NCBI GenBank assembly: GCA_038109055.1
Contig: JAYNIM010000003.1
Span: 1-64,000 of the forward strand
Direction: 5' to 3'
DNA: 64,000 nt
DNA from: a bacterium
Lineage (GTDB): Bacteria; Margulisbacteria; Marinamargulisbacteria; GCA-2716485; JAYNIM01
Positions 49,220 to 58,949 of the stretch are shown here, one piece after another. A program made the position numbers and the translations under genes. Position 1 is the stretch's first letter; the number at the start of each line of letters is the position of its first letter. Below the pieces are notes generated by a model. It was not told the DNA's origin. It saw only the letters and a list, made by a program, of their open reading frames with translations, and searched no databases.

Positions 49220-50245
49220 ATGATGCAGGATCGTTTAATTGATTTTACGTTACCATCCAACTTAATTGCGGATGCTCCTTCTCAGGCACGCGATCAGAGC
49301 CGTTTAATGCTCCTTTCATTGCCTCAAAAACGTCTCTCACATTATATTTTTAAGGAGATAGAGGATCTTCTTTATCCTGGCGATATGTTGATCCTTAATG
49401 ATACAAAAGTACTTAAGGCCCGCTTGTTTTGTACTCGTGAAAGCGGTGGTCGAGTTGAAGTTTTATTGCTACAAACTGTTACGCCCTTTGTCTGGCAAGC
49501 CTTGATTAAACCTAGTAAAAAACTGTCGATCGGAGAACCTTTATACCTAAGTAATGATTGTTTTTTTACGCTTGTTAAGAAAGAGGCCCCTTTTTGCCAC
49601 TTACGCCTACCCGAAGGCCAATCTGCTCATGAGATCATGGCGCAATTTGGTGTGCCCGCGTTACCTCCTTATATTCGTCATAGCCCTCTTAGTTTAGAGG
49701 ATCAAATCTCGCGATATCAAACTATTTATGCAGATAAAGAAGGGGCTGTTGCCGCCCCAACTGCTGGCTTGCATTTTACTGAAGATTTATTGACGTCCTT
49801 ACGTGCTAAAGGTGTTTGTATTGAAACAGTAACCCTTCATGTAGGATATGGAACATTTCAGCCTTTGGAAGATCGCCATTTTCAAGAAAATAAATTACAC
49901 AACGAACGTTTTTATATCTCTGATGCGACAGCCACACGCTTGATGGCACATCGTCAGCGTCGTATTGCTGTAGGAACCACGACTATTCGTGCTTTAGAGT
50001 CTGCCTGGACTGGAACAAGGTTTCGTTCGGGTTGGCAAGAAACAACGCTTTTTATTCAGCCAGGTTATCGTTTTTCTACCTGTCAGGGACTGATCACAAA
50101 TTTTCACTTACCTAAAAGCTCGTTACTATTACTAGTGGCTGCCTTTTCGGACGTCGCATTTTTGCAAGAGGCCTACCAAACCGCTATTGCCGAGTCGTAT
50201 CGATTTTATAGTTTTGGAGATGTGATGTTTCTCTCTTATGATTAA
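49220..50245 (+). CDS. queA: SAM:tRNA ribosyltransferase-isomerase
   Basis: LPPYI, GAVAAPTAGLHF, TLHVG.GTF, TNFHLP.S, YRFYSFGD. Confidence 0.97.
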   Translation: MMQDRLIDFTLPSNLIADAPSQARDQSRLMLLSLPQKRLSHYIFKEIEDLLYPGDMLILNDTKVLKARLFCTRESGGRVEVLLLQTVTPFVWQALIKPSKKLSIGEPLYLSNDCFFTLVKKEAPFCHLRLPEGQSAHEIMAQFGVPALPPYIRHSPLSLEDQISRYQTIYADKEGAVAAPTAGLHFTEDLLTSLRAKGVCIETVTLHVGYGTFQPLEDRHFQENKLHNERFYISDATATRLMAHRQRRIAVGTTTIRALESAWTGTRFRSGWQETTLFIQPGYRFSTCQGLITNFHLPKSSLLLLVAAFSDVAFLQEAYQTAIAESYRFYSFGDVMFLSYD

Positions 50246-53200
50246 TCGCCCTTATTATTTTTCATCTTTATATGAGGGTGCATTGTTGTGCTTGCGTTAT
50301 TTTTTTTATTCTTATTTTTTGCTTTGTATTTCTGTTTTTTTCCTTCTATTTGCTAAAACTACTCTTGCTGTTACGCCATCTCCTTTATATGTTCAGGTTA
50401 TTACGCCCACTGCTGCTATTCAGTTGAATGCCTTTGAACTTTCTAAGGTTATTTATGAAACAGAGAAGGGGGCCTCTTTTGTTATGTCTGGAGAATCGTT
50501 CTTTTTTTATGAAATTACTCTTGCAAATAATCAAAAGGCCTGGATCGATAAAACATTTGTTGCTCTTACCAAAACCCCTAGTGAGATTCTTACTCCTTCG
50601 TTAATTCGGCTGCCTCAACACTCTCACTATTCTTATGTGCCTAGCCATGTTTATGTAGACCCCCCTGACTATCAAAATAAACAGATTCAAAACCTGAATA
50701 TTGATGGTTTTTATACTATTAACTTTAGTGGTCGTGATTATAACCCTAAAAATACCCTTGATCCTCGTTGGCAGATTATCAAATCTGATCCGTTATACAC
50801 AAAATTTCCTGCTGATGTTCTTTTAGGTCCACTGAAACGTGAAGATAGCTTTAAATTTTCCTTGGATAGTCATATTTCTAAGGATCTCTACCTTTATTTT
50901 GATATTGAATCTATTCCAGACTTTCGCTCTAGATGGGATGTTCGTCTACATTTAAAAGAAAATAAATTAGCTTTTGGTGCTATTGATGCTCAATTTAATA
51001 ATGGTAGTTACTCTAATCTTAAAAAATCTATTGATGGCGTTAAATATCAACGAGAAACAGATCTCTATGCTTTTACTCTAGCAAATGGAAAACAACGTTC
51101 TAACCCTCAAAAAGTATCGTTTATGGGTGATGGTGGAAAAAACTACTCACTGCAGCACAGCTCTATTTTACGAGGTACTGTTAAAGTGTGGGTAGACAAC
51201 AACCTTCAAACTGAAGGATTGGATGGTGATTATACACTCAATTATTATACGGGGAGGATTTCATTTACATCGATCAAAACAATTACGAATGTTATTGAAA
51301 TTGTTTACGAGTTCACAAATCCAATTGAAGATTTTCTACCTATCTTAAATCGAAAAGAATTTACGGGATTTCAAGCAAGTTTTAATACCCTGCGTCCTGA
51401 AAAAAAGGAGGCTGTTGTTGTTGACTATCGTGAAGTCATTCCGAGTCGTTCGATTCAAGCAGGGTTTTTCCTGACAAAACATAGGCCCCTTATCTTTGAT
51501 AGTGACTCTCTAACCTTTCCGAACAAAGATCTTCAGCGCAATCACCATTATGTGATGAACTATGATTCAGGAAAAATAACCTTTTTAACTCCTATCACAT
51601 CTACTCATAATTTATCTTTACGTTATCAATTCCATAAAAATGATGCTACGACAGACTATTATGTCGGTAAAGATTCTCCCGGCCCTTTTCAATTGACTCA
51701 CCCTGATATTATTCGTTCATCTTTATCTGTTTATGTTGCTGGTAAACGTGTTAAAGAAATTAAAGACTACCTTATTCTTGATAATGACAATGGGTTTTAT
51801 GAGATTATTTTTAATTACCCTATCTCTTTTCCACAGTTGATCTCTGTGGCGTATAACTATCGTATTAATACCCTCATTCCGGCGCAAAAATCGAAGGAAC
51901 AATTTACTTTGGGTGTGAATGTTTTTGAAGAAAAAATTCATAATAATGAAACTTCTCTTATTGGTACTGTAGAGGAACCTGCTATTGTTAGTCAGAATAC
52001 TATTTATGCCTCTCGTGTGCCGTTGACGGAACTTGCATATTTTCAGGTGTCCTACTTGAACAATGTGGTTTCTCATAATATTACGGATGCTTATCGTGGT
52101 ATTATTACCGTTAATGATGCATCGCTAAATGGCAAAAGTGTTTCACTGCGTTACAAGTATAAACGTAGTGAAACCGCTTTCCTAAGTTTTACAGCCAATA
52201 AAGCATCTCATACCTATGAGATTGATAAGTATCATTACAGTAATTTTTTAAACCCAATTCAATATCTAGGTATTCGAAAAGTAACTGTGCGTGATATCGA
52301 ACTTGACCCTGGGGATTATTCCGTTGAATGGAGCCAAGATGGACAAAGCTTTACTATTACGTTCTTGCAATACAATGTTGATACAAATACTGCGCCTCAA
52401 ACTCAGGTTTTACTTGGAGATAAAATTGACATTCACTATAACTATACGCCTGATGTTGCAGTGACTGGTTTATTGCAACATCGTCAGTTTGGTTTTACTA
52501 TTGGTACTCAACTTACAGATCGCTGGCGTGTTGATGGTGAAATTGCTGCTGCTCAAAATAATTTCTCCAGAAAGATTTCCTTTGTTTCTGAAACACTTCT
52601 TGCCTCATCCGCCTCTTCCTTCTCTCTCTCTAAAGGTCCTGTTAAAGAAAATAGTGACTCTGTGTTTTTAAATACAGGTACCAGTGATTTTCCTATTTGG
52701 ATACCTGTTAATCAGAATGAATATTATTTAAATTATAATACAGGTCAACTTATCTTTCATTCGACAGTTGCTCCTAATACTATGATTAAGGTCGAATATG
52801 ATTATTTTCTTAGTCAAGATTCAGTTGTTCCTGGCACAAACCCAATGTCTTATGCTAAAAAAATTGCCCTTAGCTATGATAATTCTATATTGAATAGCCA
52901 TCTGTCCTATCAACATATCGATATAGATTACAAACCTCTTAGCCAAATCAGTGAACGTAACGGTAGCCGTTTATTGCGTTCTCAATCCACCTGGGAAATC
53001 AGTAGTCAAAACCGTATAGAAGCCACGTATAGCCATTCTTCCCAAGAACAAAAATATTATGAACCTGTTATTCAACATGACTTTTTTACAAAATCAACTC
53101 TTAAACTATTTCAATATATTGATGTCGATGCATCCCTGACTTATCATAGTGAAAAAGAAAAATATATTATTCCTGTTTCAGAAGAACGCTACCGTCAAGA

Positions 53201-55445
53201 TTCTCTTTCGTATTCGATCAATGACACATTTTCTGTAGGTCCTAAATTTTTTCGCACTACCTATGCAAACTCATATGCTTATTCAAAAAACAACTATATC
53301 GATAACATTAATGTTGATACAACCTTAAGTTACGCACATGATATATCCTCGACTCTTTCATTAGATGATTTAGCATTTTTAGGCCCTTTTACCTTTACTC
53401 CCAGTTTTTATATGTCTATTTTAAAAACAAAAAAACCTTCTTATACTTATGCTTCTTTACAAAAAAAATTAAATCAAAGCTATAGTGCCTCTTTTTCTCC
53501 ATTACGATCTTGGCGAAATAATGTGTCTTATACTGCTGAAAATACGTCCCAAAAAAATGAATCTAAAGAATTATTACATGACAATTATGCAACAAACTAC
53601 CATTTTTCTTCTTCATTTTCTCCCGTCTCTTGGTTTTCTAGCGATCTATCTACCTACCATAAAGAGGCATTTAGTAAACTTAGTCATACACAATCGTTGA
53701 TTCAAGATACCTACTCGGTCGGTATTAGTTCATTTAAACCCATTGGTGTTTTACGTCTATTACGTTTACGTGATACACATTTTCTTCGTCGTGCTTTGGC
53801 TTATACCTATGGTTCAGCAACCTTTTCAAATGACGTTTCTAAACAAAAAGATTCTCTTATTTTGAACACTAATAGTATCCAACGTTATACCTTAAGTTCT
53901 ATTGAGCTTCTTAAAAATGCTGTGCTTAAATCTGTTTCATATGGGCTCACTGATCAACATTATAAAACCTTAGAGGCATCTAGCTCTTATCAAACAAGTT
54001 CCACTGATTCTCATCTAAAAAATTATGCTTTTTCCTTTTCGTACTTTCCAACCTATCGTTGGCTAAACCGTTTTAACTATTCTATCTTTTATAAACATAA
54101 TACCCAAACTAGTTTGGGGAAGGATGTCTATGAAAATGCTAATTATAAGCTTGTAGAAACGGATACCCCTTTGTTTGAAAACAAGCAAACATTTCGTCTT
54201 AATTCTATCCCTCTGCATTTTTGGGGCTTGGGCTATGTTAGTACTTTTGAGGCTTCGTATGCACTAGATAGTCGCTATACGCGTAATGAAACGTCTGTCA
54301 ACTATCGGCATCCATCAAATTCTTTAGACCCTTATCAACAATTTGATAATTTGCTTTCGACTAGTCATTCTGTTACGTCACAATTTTCTAGATATTTTCG
54401 TCGCTATAAGTTTGGAAATGTGACGTATTCAACTATTTTTGAGCGTTCGATTTCTGAACAATTAAATTCATTATCCTACTCGTTTTCTCCTAATAAAAAT
54501 ACCGAATCTTCTGATTTTCGATATAAACATTCTGGCAGCCATACTATTAGCATGAAGCCTTTCTCTCAATTTGATCTAACTAGTAAATATCAGTATAGTT
54601 CTGAAGATAATACTGTTCATACAACATCAACATTTAAAACATTTCTGGATCAAAATACCTTTTCCATTTCTAGCGTATTTCCTGTGTTTTGGTCATTGTC
54701 TTTAAACACAGGGTTTCAAGAAAATTATTTACTTCAGTATCGAGGTAGTGCAAAACATTTATCAAAGAATGATTTATATCAGGCCTATCTTGATACCTAT
54801 AACGGAACGTTTAGAAATTATTTTATTGAACGACTGTTAAAAGATACCCAGACTTATTCCGTAGGATTAACATATACTTTCTCTTCTATCTTGAATTTAA
54901 CAGGCACTCACTCTCAAACTTATACATTAAATAGACATAGAACCTTAAACTCGAATTCTGACCTTAATTTTTTGATAATTAAAGAGTCTCTTTTAACAAA
55001 ATTTTCTCCTCTCAAGGCACTTGATATTGTGTCCGAATTTAGCCTTAATTACAGTAAAAATAAAACTTTAAATCAACAAATCTTTCAAAAGGGGTACCAA
55101 CATGTTCTTTCAGTTAGCTACTCTCCAATAAAAACTAGATACTTTAATGTCAATCTTAGCTACTCTAAAAGTAATAATTGGGGCCAGCTCATTAATAACA
55201 ATGAACAAGAAGGGGATGAAGTTCTTGAAGGACATACGACTGCAACGTCTATTACGAAACAAAATAATAGTCAGGAAATTGGGCAGCTTTCTGTTAATAT
55301 TACATACCCTTTTCATAAAACACCGCATATTGATAAATTAACAATTACTGGTGAAGGTTACATTAAACGAAAGTCAGATCGCTATGAAACGCTTTATAAT
55401 TATGATCTTTCTGGATTAACTCTTGAGCTCAAACTTCATCTATAA
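50238..55445 (+). CDS. Very large outer-membrane protein with SprA-like repeats
   Basis: N-terminal hydrophobic signal, SH3-like segment, about six V.V....L....DY..NY..G.I.F repeats, long amphipathic beta-strand C-terminal region. Confidence 0.65.
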   Translation: MINRPYYFSSLYEGALLCLRYFFYSYFLLCISVFFLLFAKTTLAVTPSPLYVQVITPTAAIQLNAFELSKVIYETEKGASFVMSGESFFFYEITLANNQKAWIDKTFVALTKTPSEILTPSLIRLPQHSHYSYVPSHVYVDPPDYQNKQIQNLNIDGFYTINFSGRDYNPKNTLDPRWQIIKSDPLYTKFPADVLLGPLKREDSFKFSLDSHISKDLYLYFDIESIPDFRSRWDVRLHLKENKLAFGAIDAQFNNGSYSNLKKSIDGVKYQRETDLYAFTLANGKQRSNPQKVSFMGDGGKNYSLQHSSILRGTVKVWVDNNLQTEGLDGDYTLNYYTGRISFTSIKTITNVIEIVYEFTNPIEDFLPILNRKEFTGFQASFNTLRPEKKEAVVVDYREVIPSRSIQAGFFLTKHRPLIFDSDSLTFPNKDLQRNHHYVMNYDSGKITFLTPITSTHNLSLRYQFHKNDATTDYYVGKDSPGPFQLTHPDIIRSSLSVYVAGKRVKEIKDYLILDNDNGFYEIIFNYPISFPQLISVAYNYRINTLIPAQKSKEQFTLGVNVFEEKIHNNETSLIGTVEEPAIVSQNTIYASRVPLTELAYFQVSYLNNVVSHNITDAYRGIITVNDASLNGKSVSLRYKYKRSETAFLSFTANKASHTYEIDKYHYSNFLNPIQYLGIRKVTVRDIELDPGDYSVEWSQDGQSFTITFLQYNVDTNTAPQTQVLLGDKIDIHYNYTPDVAVTGLLQHRQFGFTIGTQLTDRWRVDGEIAAAQNNFSRKISFVSETLLASSASSFSLSKGPVKENSDSVFLNTGTSDFPIWIPVNQNEYYLNYNTGQLIFHSTVAPNTMIKVEYDYFLSQDSVVPGTNPMSYAKKIALSYDNSILNSHLSYQHIDIDYKPLSQISERNGSRLLRSQSTWEISSQNRIEATYSHSSQEQKYYEPVIQHDFFTKSTLKLFQYIDVDASLTYHSEKEKYIIPVSEERYRQDSLSYSINDTFSVGPKFFRTTYANSYAYSKNNYIDNINVDTTLSYAHDISSTLSLDDLAFLGPFTFTPSFYMSILKTKKPSYTYASLQKKLNQSYSASFSPLRSWRNNVSYTAENTSQKNESKELLHDNYATNYHFSSSFSPVSWFSSDLSTYHKEAFSKLSHTQSLIQDTYSVGISSFKPIGVLRLLRLRDTHFLRRALAYTYGSATFSNDVSKQKDSLILNTNSIQRYTLSSIELLKNAVLKSVSYGLTDQHYKTLEASSSYQTSSTDSHLKNYAFSFSYFPTYRWLNRFNYSIFYKHNTQTSLGKDVYENANYKLVETDTPLFENKQTFRLNSIPLHFWGLGYVSTFEASYALDSRYTRNETSVNYRHPSNSLDPYQQFDNLLSTSHSVTSQFSRYFRRYKFGNVTYSTIFERSISEQLNSLSYSFSPNKNTESSDFRYKHSGSHTISMKPFSQFDLTSKYQYSSEDNTVHTTSTFKTFLDQNTFSISSVFPVFWSLSLNTGFQENYLLQYRGSAKHLSKNDLYQAYLDTYNGTFRNYFIERLLKDTQTYSVGLTYTFSSILNLTGTHSQTYTLNRHRTLNSNSDLNFLIIKESLLTKFSPLKALDIVSEFSLNYSKNKTLNQQIFQKGYQHVLSVSYSPIKTRYFNVNLSYSKSNNWGQLINNNEQEGDEVLEGHTTATSITKQNNSQEIGQLSVNITYPFHKTPHIDKLTITGEGYIKRKSDRYETLYNYDLSGLTLELKLHL

Positions 55446-55473
55446 TGGCAATGTGTCACACTGCTCATTTAGC

Positions 55474-55986
55474 CTATTTCCTGTATGTTTTGTTTGTCTT
55501 AGCTAAGGCCTTATTTCTCTTGATCTCATATATTCCGCCGATCGCAACGGCTAGTGCATCACAAACATCGTCTGGCTTTGGTGCTGATTTTAAATTTAGA
55601 AGTCGCATTACCATGTATTCTACTTGTTTTTTTGTTGCTCTTCCGTAACCACAAACCGCCATTTTTACCTGTAGAGGTGTCAGGGATATCGGTGAACAAC
55701 CATATTGTTCACATTTTAAAACAAGTGCTCCTCTGGCTTGTGCAACATTTATCGCTGTTTTTGTATTGGTGTTGAAAAATAACGATTCAATTGCAATACC
55801 ATCTGGTTTATAGTGATCCAAAATTTGACTTAACTGTTGTGAAATTGATAGCAATCTCTCTGAAAATGCTTGCTTTGCGTCAGTTATAATTGCCTTGTAA
55901 TACAAGGCCTTGGTCTTGTTTCCTGTAGATTCAATAACAGCAATACCAACAATTGCGTATCCAGGATCAATTCCTAATATAATCAC
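55474..55986 (-). CDS. ruvC: Holliday junction resolvase RuvC
   Basis: ILGIDPG, E.LFF, ARG, VK.AV.GYG.A.K.QV, DD..DALAVA. Confidence 0.97.
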   Translation of the reverse strand: MIILGIDPGYAIVGIAVIESTGNKTKALYYKAIITDAKQAFSERLLSISQQLSQILDHYKPDGIAIESLFFNTNTKTAINVAQARGALVLKCEQYGCSPISLTPLQVKMAVCGYGRATKKQVEYMVMRLLNLKSAPKPDDVCDALAVAIGGIYEIKRNKALAKTNKTYRK

Positions 55987-55989
55987 ATT

Positions 55990-56937
55990 CTAAACGATTT
56001 GAACCTCTAAAAAGGTAATATGTATATAAATTTCTTCTTTGGGCCTTAGCGGCTGTTTAAATATTACTTTTTGTACTGACTTCACTTCACATTGATCTAC
56101 AATACCTTCTACATCATGCCAAGCTTTTAATTCTGTATTTTTGAGTTCCGCTATCATACCGTAATGACTTTTATATAGTTTTGCGTTTACTTTCATTGTG
56201 ATATGACCGCGAATATCTCTCTCTTTTAACCATAATAATACTGTATCTTCGATTGACGTTACTTGTAATACGCCCATTAATAATGGATTGCCTGGAAAAT
56301 GACCTTTATTGCAAATATGGGTTTCGGGGAAAAAATAGCTTGCCCATGCCTCTGTTTCTGATGAAAAAAATAGTTCATCTGTTATGACTAAGTCTGGATG
56401 CTTTAGATCGCTGTTTTTGTTTGCCACTTTCTTGCAATTAGAGGATGGAATGGTCAGTGCTTGTTTTTGTACTTCTTGTGAAATATCATCATTATCTTTT
56501 ATGTAGTAAGCAACCATTTCTCCCTGTGCAAGCCTTTGTTGATTACTATCGTATAATTGTCCTGAATATTTATGAAATCCTCTTTTATTACCCAGGCTAT
56601 GTACCGTACCTTGTAAGCTTGTATTAATATAAAAGTCCTTCTCTTTTGTGTATTTGGCTGCACTTGCGAAAATAATCAAATCGTCTTTCGTCACACCTTT
56701 TGTAGATGCGATAGCTCCCAAGGCTAATACCTCAAGATATAATGCTGAGAGTAAACAATAACGGCCATGTTCTTTTTGACGAAAGAAAATATGTCTGTTT
56801 AATAGATCATTTTTTTCTATTTTTAACTGTAATTCTCCTGGATGATTTGGTTCTGCTATTTTTACCTTATCTAATAATAAATTTTCATATCGATGTCTTA
56901 TCTTTTCTTTAATCCCGTCTTGATGTAATTGTGTCAT
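55990..56937 (-). CDS. Tandem double hot-dog FabZ-like dehydratase
   Basis: Domain 1 HRY..LL.D.V; domain 2 GHFPGNP. Confidence 0.75.
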   Translation of the reverse strand: MTQLHQDGIKEKIRHRYENLLLDKVKIAEPNHPGELQLKIEKNDLLNRHIFFRQKEHGRYCLLSALYLEVLALGAIASTKGVTKDDLIIFASAAKYTKEKDFYINTSLQGTVHSLGNKRGFHKYSGQLYDSNQQRLAQGEMVAYYIKDNDDISQEVQKQALTIPSSNCKKVANKNSDLKHPDLVITDELFFSSETEAWASYFFPETHICNKGHFPGNPLLMGVLQVTSIEDTVLLWLKERDIRGHITMKVNAKLYKSHYGMIAELKNTELKAWHDVEGIVDQCEVKSVQKVIFKQPLRPKEEIYIHITFLEVQIV

Positions 56938-56957
56938 GTCTTTATCTTTAATATATC

Positions 56958-57710
56958 TTAGTTTGATTCAATAATTAGTGTCTTTAGCTTTAAAATTGAT
57001 TTTCCCAAAAGTCGTGAAATATGCATCTGTGATAATCCTAACCTATCTGCAATTTGTGTTTGTGATAAGCCTCCATAATACCTTAAATACACTATACGGC
57101 GTTCTCGTTTTGTTAGCTTATAAATAGCTTCTTTAAGTGTTTCTTTATTAAGTAAACTATCCTCTTTACCTATCACCCCTAAACGGTTCATGATATTTTC
57201 ATTTTGATTGCCTTGATTAGACAACTGATTATGGGTGTATGTGGGTGTGTCTAAAGATATTGTTCGTGTATTTTGACCTGCTTCCATTGCTTCTAAAACG
57301 AGTTCTTCACTTACATCTAATTTTTGGGCTAAAACTTTCAATGTGGGTTGTTTTTGATCGTTTTGCATATCTCTGACTATTGTTTTTATTTTTGCATAAA
57401 CCTCTTGTAGGCGTCGTGGTACTTTGATTAATTTATTTTTATCTCTAAAATAATGTTTAATTTCTCCAATGATATTCGGTGTTACAAATGTTGCAAAATC
57501 TATATTTTTATTTATATCATAGCGGTCTAAACAGCGTATTAGCGCAATATTCCCGATTTGAATTAAATCGTCCAAATCATCTATATTGTAGGCTAATTTT
57601 CTTGCAATGTATTCTACTAATGGCTTAAAGGTTATTGAGATTTTTTCAAGTAATTCTATGCTTTTATTTTTGTAATAAAGCTTAACTAACTCTTGCTGCT
57701 TATTTTTCAC
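56958..57710 (-). CDS. SigB/SigF/SigG-family sigma factor
   Basis: DDL.Q.G.I.L....DR.D, F.TF..P.I.GEIK.YFRD, VPRRL.E, Q..IA..LG.SQMH.SRL. Confidence 0.93.
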   Translation of the reverse strand: MKNKQQELVKLYYKNKSIELLEKISITFKPLVEYIARKLAYNIDDLDDLIQIGNIALIRCLDRYDINKNIDFATFVTPNIIGEIKHYFRDKNKLIKVPRRLQEVYAKIKTIVRDMQNDQKQPTLKVLAQKLDVSEELVLEAMEAGQNTRTISLDTPTYTHNQLSNQGNQNENIMNRLGVIGKEDSLLNKETLKEAIYKLTKRERRIVYLRYYGGLSQTQIADRLGLSQMHISRLLGKSILKLKTLIIESN

Positions 57711-57776
57711 TCGTTATTAATCCTAGAATATAGAAATTAGTATATTATTATATCCATTGCTATACTCTCAAACAAG

Positions 57777-58949
57777 ATGTATTCATTCGACTCTCGAAAA
57801 ATCACTCCGGGTGATACGTTCTTATGTTTACCAGGTGCAGAACGTTACATAGAACACGCCATGCGAAATGGTGCTGTTGATCATGTTCATCTAGATCGAC
57901 AAACGTTGGCAGTGTTTGCTAAATATTATTTTTCCTGTCCTGATGAGCAGCTTTTTATCATTGGTATTACTGGTACAAATGGTAAAACAACCATTTCGCA
58001 CATGGTCCATCAGACACTTGTCTCTCTTGGTCATAATAGCTTACTATTGGGAACCTTACACTCTCCCTTAACTACCATGGAAAGTTGGGATCTTTTCTCT
58101 TGTTTTTATGATCATTTGTGGAAAGGTGGGACACATGTAGTCATGGAAGTATCCTCTCATGGTATCGCACAGCATCGCATTTTTGGTATTGATTTTAATA
58201 TTAAATGCTTAAGTAATATTAGTCAGGATCATTTAGACTTTCATCATACCTTTGCTGCCTATAAAGCATGTAAACTATCCTTTATGAATGCCTCTTCTTG
58301 TGTCAAAGTTTTTCCACTTGAGGTTTCTCGACTTTCTTTGCCTTTTAAAAATCCGTTACTAGGTCATTTTAACTTAAATAATGTCAAAGCTGCTTATCGT
58401 ATTTTGCAACACTGTGATTTACCTAACGATTTGATTTGTCAATCTTTAAAGAAAACAACGGGTGTCTGTGGTCGTTTTGAAGCTATTAAAAATTCATTAT
58501 CTTTGCAAATTTTCATTGATTTTGCCCATACTCCGGCTGCGTTGAAAGCTTTGTTAACCTCCGGCCGTTTGCTTGCTAAAAAAACCTGTGGCCGTTTGTG
58601 GATTGTTTTTGGCTGTGGAGGTAATCGTGATCAAAATAAGCGTGCAAAAATGGGGGCTATTGCTTCATCTATTTCAGATGTTATTGTGCTTTGTAATGAT
58701 AATCCACGAAATGAGGATCCTGCCCGTATTATTCAGGATATTTGTCAGGGTATTCAACATTCTTGTTTTAAGGTTATACCAGATCGAAAAAAAGCTATCT
58801 TTCATGCTGTGCAGCATATAACGCCTAATGATATACTTTTAGTGGCTGGAAAAGGTCACGAATCTCAACAGATTACTCGAGGTCGATCCATTCCGTTTTC
58901 TGATAAAGAGGTTATATTGTCTGCTTTGACGCTATTGAAAAAAAAATAA
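57777..58949 (+). CDS. murE: UDP-MurNAc-tripeptide synthetase, short form
   Basis: GITGTNGKTT, MEVSSH, DHLDFH, DFAHTP, GCGG.RD, DNPR (mDAP type). Confidence 0.93.
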   Translation: MYSFDSRKITPGDTFLCLPGAERYIEHAMRNGAVDHVHLDRQTLAVFAKYYFSCPDEQLFIIGITGTNGKTTISHMVHQTLVSLGHNSLLLGTLHSPLTTMESWDLFSCFYDHLWKGGTHVVMEVSSHGIAQHRIFGIDFNIKCLSNISQDHLDFHHTFAAYKACKLSFMNASSCVKVFPLEVSRLSLPFKNPLLGHFNLNNVKAAYRILQHCDLPNDLICQSLKKTTGVCGRFEAIKNSLSLQIFIDFAHTPAALKALLTSGRLLAKKTCGRLWIVFGCGGNRDQNKRAKMGAIASSISDVIVLCNDNPRNEDPARIIQDICQGIQHSCFKVIPDRKKAIFHAVQHITPNDILLVAGKGHESQQITRGRSIPFSDKEVILSALTLLKKK

